The translations under genes and the position numbers were made by a program. This document shows, one piece after another, positions 1 through 5,620 of a stretch of DNA of 5,706 nt. The stretch is taken from NCBI RefSeq assembly GCF_029504745.1, contig NZ_JAQFIQ010000069.1, positions 1-5,706 on the forward strand, given 5' to 3'. This DNA comes from Breznakia sp. PF5-3 (GTDB taxonomy: Bacteria > Bacillota_I > Bacilli_A > Erysipelotrichales > Erysipelotrichaceae). How positions within the stretch are numbered: the stretch's first letter is position 1; every line of letters starts with the position of its first letter. The notes beneath the pieces are model-generated. The model ran no database searches, was not told the origin of the DNA, and saw nothing but the letters and a program-made list of their open reading frames with translations.

Positions 1-94
1 TTATCGACTAAAATAGAGAAATTTCCTGCCTAATAGATTGTATCATATACCTTGTTATAAAAAAAGACCATTGACTTCTTTTGTCAACAGTCTG

Positions 95-129
95 AGAGTA
101 TATCTTTTAAAGATATACTCTTTTTTTTT
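95..129 (+). terminator. Rho-independent terminator, presumably for a gene upstream of the window
   Basis: A 13-nt perfect inverted repeat, agagtatatcttt (95-107) / aaagatatactct (109-121), runs straight into a 9-T run (121-129). The apical pairs must open to form a loop. Confidence 0.6.
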
Positions 130-177
130 AGGAAGCTGAAATTAAAAAATGAATATACGAGTGATTGGAGGTTTGAA

Positions 178-342
178 ATGAAATATTTAAAATTTTTATT
201 TAACATTTCATCATGGATAACAATACTTATAGGAGTATTAATCTGCTTAGGGTATTTGAATTATGAATATACTGCTATTCTTTTTTTTAGTGCGCTTATA
301 ATGAGTATATGCTCTTATTTTATTCATAAAAAACAAGCTTGA
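178..342 (+). CDS. Small hydrophobic two-TM protein (54 aa), candidate bacteriocin immunity protein; not in the supplied ORF track
   Basis: Hand translation gives MKYLKFLFNISSWITILIGVLICLGYLNYEYTAILFFSALIMSICSYFIHKKQA, ending at TGA 340-342. GGAGG at 167-171 lies 6 nt before ATG 178. Two hydrophobic stretches flank a YLNYEY loop, and the C-terminus is basic. It sits directly upstream of the bacteriocin exporter. Confidence 0.55.
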   Translation: MKYLKFLFNISSWITILIGVLICLGYLNYEYTAILFFSALIMSICSYFIHKKQA

Positions 343-365
343 CATATCTCGCTTTAAGTGATAAT
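339..365 (+). promoter_or_regulatory. Candidate sigma-A-type promoter for the exporter operon
   Basis: Perfect -35 TTGACA (339-344) and GATAAT (360-365), but with a short 15-nt spacer. An alternative -10, TAGAAT, lies at 376-381. The -35 overlaps the stop codon of the small ORF. Confidence 0.35.
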
Positions 366-406
366 TTATTATGTATAGAATATAGAAAGGATGGAAAGGG
401 GTTTTA

Positions 407-2617
407 ATGTTTAAAAAATATCCGTGTGTTTTACAACATGATCATAATGATTGTGCAGCTGCGGCATTATCAACAATTCTATTAACATATGGAAGCGAAG
501 TGTCCATATTAGAAATTAGAGATAGTATAAAAACGGATTTAAATGGGACGACAGTAAAAGGAATCATAGAAGGACTTGAGAAGTTCAAATTCCAAACAAA
601 AGCTTTACGTACAGAGACACAGGAGCTGACTTTGGATATTACATTACCAGCGATTGCAATGGTGCACACTAGTAATAATCAAGAACATTTTGTTGTTCTA
701 CATAAAATTAAAAAGAATGATACTTTTATTATTGCAGATCCTGCGAAAGGTATTATTGAAAAAACACGTGAAGAATTTGATAAAATCTTTACAGGTGTTT
801 TTATTATGATGATACCAATGAGTGATTTTGAAAAAATGAAATTTTCTTCTGCAACGATGTATGAAGTATTCAAGAATTTGATTTTTCCTCATAAAGCATT
901 ACTGTTGCAAGTTATTTTAATATCGATGTTACTTAGTTTTTTAGGAATTTTTGTATCTTTGTTCTCAAAGGTATTGATGGACGAAATAATACCTTATCAA
1001 TTAAAGAATACACTTTATATCTATTTGCTATTTTTTATAATTGTAACACTATTTCAAAATATATTGTCTGCTTTTAGACAGCATATTTTGTTGTTCTTAG
1101 CGCGAAAGATAGATATCCCATTATTGCTTGGTTATTATCAACATATTTTACATTTGCCATATAAGTTTTTTGTATCACGAAGAATCGGTGATATTATTAC
1201 TCGTTTTCAAGACGCAAGTACGATTAAAGAGATCTTTACTAGCTTATCTATCTCTTTGGTTATGGATATAGTATTGGCAAGTGTCACATGTATTGTTTTA
1301 TTTAGTTTGAATAGTACTTTATTTTTGGTTTTAGCAATTATTGTTTTAATAAATATAGTTTTAATTTATGCTTTTAAAGGTTCATATAAAAAAATCAATT
1401 ATAAACAAATGGAGGCATCTTCTAGATTAAATTCTCAATTGATTGAATCTTTGAAAAATATTGAGACAATCAAAGCTCAAAATGATGAAAAAGCACAAAT
1501 GAATCACGTTGAAGAAAACTTAGTCACATCAGAGAAAATTGCATATCAAGAAGGACGATTGCAAAATCTACAATCATTCCTTTCAAATACATTAAATGCC
1601 ATTGGAAACTTGGTATTCATGGGAGTGGGAGCAATATTTATCATTGATGGAAATATGACAATTGGTGATTTATTGGTATTTCAAACATTAAGTCAGTATT
1701 TCATGGAACCAGTGCAAAGTCTTGTATCACTTCAATTATCATTTCAAGAAGCACATATTGCTATGCAAAGGTTGAGTGAATTGATGTCACTAAAGATAGA
1801 AAATGCAGAAAAAACACTTATTCATAAGATTTCTTTGAATGAGCAAATAAGGTTTTCTAATGTTACATTTGCATATGGGAATCGCATTCCAATATTAAAT
1901 AATTTTTCTTTGGTAATTCCACCAGGGAAAGCAATTGCTTTAATTGGCGAAAGTGGAGCTGGAAAGAGCACAATTATAAAATTATTATTGAAATTTTTGG
2001 AAGTGAATGAAGGCAAAATATCATTTGGAAAACATAATATTGTTGATATTGACACCTATACACTACGTCAGAAAATAGCATATATTCCACAAAATATTGA
2101 ATTGTTTACAGGGACAATTATTGATAATTTACAAGTTGGACATCCAGAGGCTCGGTATGAAGATATTATTTTGGCTTGCAAACAAGCTGGTGCTGATGAA
2201 TTTATTGATAATTTACCTGATCGATATATGACGTTCATTGAAGAAGGTGCTAGTAATTTATCTGGTGGCGAACAGCAAAGATTGGCACTAGCCAGAGCAT
2301 TGCTCGGCAATCCCGATTTATATGTGTTTGATGAAGTTACATCAAATTTGGATTCTTTTAGTGAACTTAGAATACATGAATTAATTTTTAAGAAATTGTA
2401 TAAAAAAACAAGAATTATTGTTGCTCACAGGTTATCAACAATCCGTAGCTGTGATGAAATTTATTTTATTAAGGATGGAGAAATAATTGAAAAGGGTTCA
2501 CATGATGAACTGATGAGATTAAATGGACAATACGCAAAGATGATTTCTCTGCAAGAATCATCACCCGAAAAATATAAGCCTAGAGAAGAAGTGATGGAGG
2601 AAATGGTATATGAGTAA
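407..2617 (+). CDS. Bacteriocin-processing and export ABC transporter with an N-terminal C39 double-glycine peptidase domain (LagD/LcnC/ComA/PedD-type)
   Basis: 736-aa ORF with GAAAGGGG 5 nt upstream of the ATG. The N-terminus has the C39 hallmarks: Q10, catalytic Cys16 in HNDCAAAAL (codon 452-454), His in QEHFVVLHK and Asp in IADPAKG. A six-TM-like hydrophobic core follows. NBD motifs are Walker A GESGAGKST (1946-1972), Q-loop YIPQN, signature LSGGEQQRLALARA (from 2258), Walker B LYVFDE and H-loop VAHRLST. Confidence 0.95.
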   Translation: MFKKYPCVLQHDHNDCAAAALSTILLTYGSEVSILEIRDSIKTDLNGTTVKGIIEGLEKFKFQTKALRTETQELTLDITLPAIAMVHTSNNQEHFVVLHKIKKNDTFIIADPAKGIIEKTREEFDKIFTGVFIMMIPMSDFEKMKFSSATMYEVFKNLIFPHKALLLQVILISMLLSFLGIFVSLFSKVLMDEIIPYQLKNTLYIYLLFFIIVTLFQNILSAFRQHILLFLARKIDIPLLLGYYQHILHLPYKFFVSRRIGDIITRFQDASTIKEIFTSLSISLVMDIVLASVTCIVLFSLNSTLFLVLAIIVLINIVLIYAFKGSYKKINYKQMEASSRLNSQLIESLKNIETIKAQNDEKAQMNHVEENLVTSEKIAYQEGRLQNLQSFLSNTLNAIGNLVFMGVGAIFIIDGNMTIGDLLVFQTLSQYFMEPVQSLVSLQLSFQEAHIAMQRLSELMSLKIENAEKTLIHKISLNEQIRFSNVTFAYGNRIPILNNFSLVIPPGKAIALIGESGAGKSTIIKLLLKFLEVNEGKISFGKHNIVDIDTYTLRQKIAYIPQNIELFTGTIIDNLQVGHPEARYEDIILACKQAGADEFIDNLPDRYMTFIEEGASNLSGGEQQRLALARALLGNPDLYVFDEVTSNLDSFSELRIHELIFKKLYKKTRIIVAHRLSTIRSCDEIYFIKDGEIIEKGSHDELMRLNGQYAKMISLQESSPEKYKPREEVMEEMVYE

Positions 2618-3092
2618 ATTGAATGTGTTAGAGAATAAATCATTGCTATTGAAACAGGTTGTAAAATGTGAAATACACAATATTTCGATTTATGAGTTTG
2701 ATAGAAAACTACAATTATTTATTCAACGGTTACAAACTATGAACGCTGATTTATTTGGTCCATTGGTTACCCATATGAAAGGGACGACATTTAATGAAAA
2801 AGGCGAAGTTAAAGCGGATTATGAAATTTTTGTACAAGCAAATAATTATTTAGATTTTAAAGATGAATTTATTGTAATGGATATGTTTCGATTTGATCAT
2901 TGTATTTGCTTACGATTTGAAGATCATCCAAAATATTTTGATTTAGCTCATCAAAAGTTGCAAGTGTATCTTTATGAACATGATTTAGACAGCTCTGGAT
3001 CGGTGATTACAGTGCTTATGGAAGAAAGTGAAGCAATGATAAAAGCAGATATTTTTATTCCCATAGTAGGAGTAGGGTATGAAGTTTCATAG
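2610..3092 (+). CDS. Soluble acidic 160-aa protein of unknown function, possibly a duplicated beta-alpha-beta-beta (GyrI-like/SHS2-type) ligand-binding fold
   Basis: GGAGG (2596-2600) lies 9 nt before ATG 2610. The start overlaps the ABC stop by 8 nt (ATGAGTAA) and the 3' end overlaps the HlyD start by 14 nt. There is no TM segment. The fold call rests only on my reading of the sequence pattern. Confidence 0.8.
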   Translation: MSKLNVLENKSLLLKQVVKCEIHNISIYEFDRKLQLFIQRLQTMNADLFGPLVTHMKGTTFNEKGEVKADYEIFVQANNYLDFKDEFIVMDMFRFDHCICLRFEDHPKYFDLAHQKLQVYLYEHDLDSSGSVITVLMEESEAMIKADIFIPIVGVGYEVS

Positions 3093-4311
3093 TAAAGAAG
3101 AATTACAATCATCAAGAATTTTCTTTGATAAAAATCCACCTAAATATATTTATTTGTTTGTGTTTTTGGTATGCCTTTTTATTGTTGTTTGTTTATGGTT
3201 TTCATTGTATGCAACAAAAACATATGTCGTGAAAGCAAATGGAGAGATTATTACTACAGATAATCAATATATTACGTCAAATGTAAATGGAACAGTGAGT
3301 GAAATACAAAAAGCAGAAGGAAGCCAAGTGAGAAAAGGGGATATTCTTTTTATTGCAAATAATGGAATAACGGGTGTACAAGGAGAAGCATTATTAGAGC
3401 AGCTTAACTTTGCAAAAGAAAAATTAGCTGCTATGGATTTGTTTGAGCGCTCGCTAAACGAAAAAACAAATTATTTGGAGAATGATGGTGTGCAACAGGA
3501 ATATTTTGGGAAAGTGGAATATTATTTATTGCAAGTTTACGAAGATGAAATTAATTTGCAGCAACAGCAAAAAGAATATGCAAAAAAGAGTGAAAAAATT
3601 GTAAATATAGAGAAGGAAATAGAGAATTTGCGCAAAAGCACGGCAGAAGATTCTCAAGATGAAATAATAAGTAAAAGCAGTGAAATAGAAACGTTGAATA
3701 ATGAATTGGATACATTGCAGTTGCAGATGAAAAGCACTTCACAAAACGATAAATTGCGTACACAATTTATATCTGAATTGGGTTCTTCGCGAACGCAAGT
3801 GGAAACACAGATAACGGAATTGGAAGGGAATCGATCTGCTTCTGTAAATGAAGATAAAACATTTATTGCGAAAGCACAGAACGATGGAATAGTGCATTAC
3901 AGAATTCCTATTAAATTAGGAATGAATGTACAAGTGAATCAGATTGTTGCTGAAGTAAGTAAAAATGATGAAAAGGACTATCTAGTAGAAGCATATGTTG
4001 ATGCTGCTGAAATATCAAAAATTTCTGAAAAGAATAGCGTAAATATATCAATTATCGGTGTAAATACGCAGATATACGGTGATTTGAAAGGTGAAATTAT
4101 TTCTATTGATAATGGAACAATCACACAAGAAACTCAAGATGGAACGATATTGGTATATCGTTGTTTGATTCGTTTAGAACAAACGAAACTGAATGGAAAA
4201 GACGATACTTATATACAAGCAATGAAATCAATGCCAGTGGAGGTGCAGATCATTTATGATAATGAAAGTTATCTAGACTGGATTTTAGAATTATTGAGTT
4301 TTAAAAGTTAA
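3079..4311 (+). CDS. HlyD-family bacteriocin secretion accessory (membrane fusion) protein
   Basis: 410 aa, with AGGAG (3068-3072) 6 nt before the ATG. It has a single N-terminal TM (YIYLFVFLVCLFIVVCLWFSLYA) and a lipoyl-like hairpin motif (VVKANGEI...NGTVSEIQKAEGSQVRKGDILF). A long E/K/Q-rich coiled-coil region and a beta-rich C-terminus follow. It lies directly after a C39-ABC gene, the classic pairing. Confidence 0.9.
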   Translation: MKFHSKEELQSSRIFFDKNPPKYIYLFVFLVCLFIVVCLWFSLYATKTYVVKANGEIITTDNQYITSNVNGTVSEIQKAEGSQVRKGDILFIANNGITGVQGEALLEQLNFAKEKLAAMDLFERSLNEKTNYLENDGVQQEYFGKVEYYLLQVYEDEINLQQQQKEYAKKSEKIVNIEKEIENLRKSTAEDSQDEIISKSSEIETLNNELDTLQLQMKSTSQNDKLRTQFISELGSSRTQVETQITELEGNRSASVNEDKTFIAKAQNDGIVHYRIPIKLGMNVQVNQIVAEVSKNDEKDYLVEAYVDAAEISKISEKNSVNISIIGVNTQIYGDLKGEIISIDNGTITQETQDGTILVYRCLIRLEQTKLNGKDDTYIQAMKSMPVEVQIIYDNESYLDWILELLSFKS

Positions 4312-4322
4312 CATGTTATAAA
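4294..4322 (+). promoter_or_regulatory. Candidate extended -10 promoter for the first peptide gene
   Basis: TTGAGT (4294-4299), a 17-nt spacer, then TATAAA (4317-4322) preceded by TGt (4314-4316), giving a TGnTATAAA extended -10. It lies in the last codons of the HlyD gene and the intergenic region. Confidence 0.4.
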
Positions 4323-4366
4323 ATGAATACAGCTGATCATTTTATATATAGGAAAGGAGGAAGATT

Positions 4367-4654
4367 ATGGAACTAATTATGCCAAATAACAGTTTGGAAA
4401 TGAATGCGAATGAAATGGCATATGTTGATGGAAGTTGGAAACTTTATACAAATTGGTGGGGCTTATGCTTAAAGCTAACTAAGAATGAATGTTCAAAAAT
4501 AGCACTTGGTACAAGAGCTGCTAGCCTTATAACGGGAAATCCAACTGCATTAGCATTAGCTAAAGCGTTCTCTTGGGCAGCTAGCTGGGGTGCAGCTAAC
4601 AATGGCTTATACATTAATAAGACATGGACTGGATACGGCTGGGTATCTTGGTAA
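4367..4654 (+). CDS. Bacteriocin precursor candidate (95 aa) with a leader peptide and a Trp-rich cationic core
   Basis: GGAGG (4356-4360) lies 6 nt before the ATG. The N-terminus MELIMPNNSLEMNANEMAYVDG/S resembles a double-glycine-type leader (hydrophobic/E periodicity ending in Gly). The core of about 72-73 aa has 2 Cys, net charge about +6 and an Ala/Gly/Ser-rich hydrophobic centre. The gene sits immediately after the C39-ABC/HlyD genes. Confidence 0.8.
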   Translation: MELIMPNNSLEMNANEMAYVDGSWKLYTNWWGLCLKLTKNECSKIALGTRAASLITGNPTALALAKAFSWAASWGAANNGLYINKTWTGYGWVSW

Positions 4655-4664
4655 ATAGATAATC

Positions 4665-4835
4665 ATGAAAAATAAAATTTTATTTGTAAGTAGAGTAATG
4701 ACAACATTGGCAATGCTTATAATAGTGATATTTGAAATGATATACGATGTGCATTATGATTGGATATGGTTTGTGTTACTTATTCTATTGTCAATTGAGT
4801 TATGTTTAGAGATTATCAAAGAAAGGTGTTCTTGA
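4665..4835 (+). CDS. Small hydrophobic two-TM protein (56 aa), candidate cognate immunity protein; not in the supplied ORF track
   Basis: Hand translation gives MKNKILFVSRVMTTLAMLIIVIFEMIYDVHYDWIWFVLLILLSIELCLEIIKERCS, ending at TGA 4833-4835. The ATG lies 10 nt after the peptide gene stop. There is no clear SD, so coupling or reinitiation is possible. The terminator overlaps its 3' end. This is the classic position for a class II bacteriocin immunity gene. Confidence 0.55.
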   Translation: MKNKILFVSRVMTTLAMLIIVIFEMIYDVHYDWIWFVLLILLSIELCLEIIKERCS

Positions 4836-4853
4836 AAAGAACACTTTTCTTTT
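4824..4853 (+). terminator. Rho-independent terminator
   Basis: Stem gtgttctt (4826-4833) / aagaacac (4837-4844), extendable by a G:T and an A:T pair, followed by TTTTCTTTT (4845-4853). Confidence 0.75.
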
Positions 4854-4919
4854 AGGGAAATAGGCAGACAATATGAATTTAAAAGTAGAATATCTTGAAT
4901 ATTCAATTATGAAAGGAGA

Positions 4920-5258
4920 ATGGAATTGGAATTCATATTACCGAAAGTATGCGTTGAATTACAAACTGATGAAATTGTTGGGAAAGGTTATTGGACTCAT
5001 GTTAGAAATGCAGAATGGACATGGACTTTTACCAAAAGAGATTGTGCCAATATTTCTTGGATTATGAGCGCGGGAGCGAGTATCGCATCTGCAGTGGGGT
5101 ACTTTTGCCCACAAGTAGCCCCATATGCAAGTGTATTAGCATCAGCATTGGGGTTTGGATCTAAACTATTTAGTAATGGAGCTAAATATAATGGAATCCG
5201 TGTTTATTTCCACACAATGTGGTGGGGAAGAACGCCTCGGTGGGCGCAGTATATTTAG
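4920..5258 (+). CDS. Second bacteriocin precursor candidate (112 aa), paralogue of the 4367-4654 product
   Basis: By-eye alignment to the first peptide shows shared blocks. The leaders share P-x3-[LV]E[ML]-x3-E[MI][AV]. The cores share G-x-W-x4-N, [LF]TK[NR][ED]C-x2-I, an A/S/G-rich hydrophobic centre, NG[LI] and a Trp-rich C-terminus. Net charge is about +6. The start is uncertain: ATG 4920 lies only 1 nt after GGAG (4915-4918), while in-frame TTG 4926 has a 7-nt spacing. Confidence 0.75.
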   Translation: MELEFILPKVCVELQTDEIVGKGYWTHVRNAEWTWTFTKRDCANISWIMSAGASIASAVGYFCPQVAPYASVLASALGFGSKLFSNGAKYNGIRVYFHTMWWGRTPRWAQYI

Positions 5259-5262
5259 ATAA

Positions 5263-5297
5263 GAAGAGGATGTATTCCTCTTCCATTATATATTTTT
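5263..5297 (+). terminator. Possible weak terminator after the second peptide gene
   Basis: Perfect 8-bp stem gaagagga (5263-5270) / tcctcttc (5276-5283) with loop tgtat. The T-run (5293-5297) is separated from the stem by about 9 AT-rich nt. Confidence 0.4.
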
Positions 5298-5322
5298 GAT
5301 GTATGAGATTATTCAAAAATGA

Positions 5323-5351
5323 TTGACAAGATAAAAAAATATGCTTATAAT
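5323..5351 (+). promoter_or_regulatory. Consensus sigma-A promoter driving the T-box leader
   Basis: TTGACA (5323-5328), an exact 17-nt spacer, then TATAAT (5346-5351). Confidence 0.8.
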
Positions 5352-5367
5352 TACAACAATACAAAAA

Positions 5368-5619
5368 GACAGTGATAAGAACTAGTAAAGATATGGATTT
5401 TATAGAGACTTCTTGGTTGGTGGAAAAGAAGATATGAAGTATCTTGAACACATCTTTGAGTCATAAAGGTGAAATGAGTAATCTTTATCGGTTTCCTTGC
5501 ATCCGTTATCATGCTAGAGTATGTTAGTACTTGAAGAGGTTGGTATTGTGAAATACTGATAAAAAAAGGTGGAACCACGTGAGCTAAGACTTTCGTCCTT
5601 TGGATGAAAGTCTTTTTTT
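5368..5619 (+). promoter_or_regulatory. T-box riboswitch leader with specifier codon CAC (His)
   Basis: Stem I has base gac/gtc, a K-turn-like gtgat...tgag, and AGAGA (5404-5408). The distal helix is cttctt/aagaag with a ggttggtggaaa loop. An AGTA box lies in gaagta (5437-5440). The specifier loop GAA-CAC-A has the codon at 5449-5451, analogous to GAA-GGC-A in glyQS. Stem II carries gagtaa, and the F-box CCGTTA is at 5503-5508. Stem III is gtatt/aatac. The T-box reads AAAGGTGGAACCACGTG (5565-5581) with a 7-nt bulge UGGAACC. Antiterminator helices aaagg/ccttt and acg/cgt compete with the terminator. Confidence 0.85.
5586..5619 (+). terminator. T-box attenuator terminator
   Basis: A 13-bp stem aagactttcgtcc (5586-5598) / ggatgaaagtctt (5602-5614) with one G:T pair, running into a 7-T run that ends at 5619. 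Its 5' arm overlaps the 3' arm of the antiterminator. Confidence 0.85.
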
Positions 5620-5620
5620 G

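Noticed and set aside
1-33. Possible 3' end of an upstream + strand gene (frame 1 stops at 31-33)
   Set aside because: All three + frames hit a stop within 33 nt, and there is too little sequence to choose a frame or product. Only the downstream terminator hints at such a gene.
149-181. 10-codon mini-ORF (MNIRVIGGLK) whose TGA overlaps the ATG of the 54-aa ORF (ATGA)
   Set aside because: No SD lies at a usable distance from ATG 149. The GGAGG inside it serves the downstream ORF. It is most likely a chance ORF, although a coupling uORF cannot be excluded.
442-2643. Six minus-strand ORFs of 60-80 aa (442-669, 679-873, 698-892, 1822-2055, 2068-2310, 2461-2643)
   Set aside because: All lie antisense inside the ABC transporter gene, whose frame is validated by C39 and NBD motifs. 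They have low-complexity Ser/Ile/Phe-rich translations typical of antisense AT-rich coding DNA, and no SD signals were noted.
3551-3763. Minus-strand 70-aa ORF
   Set aside because: It lies antisense within the coiled-coil region of the HlyD-family gene, with no independent support.
4873-5067. Plus-strand 64-aa ORF overlapping the 5' half of the second peptide gene in another frame
   Set aside because: The 4920 frame is supported by paralogy to the first peptide over its full length. This ORF has no SD and no recognisable features.
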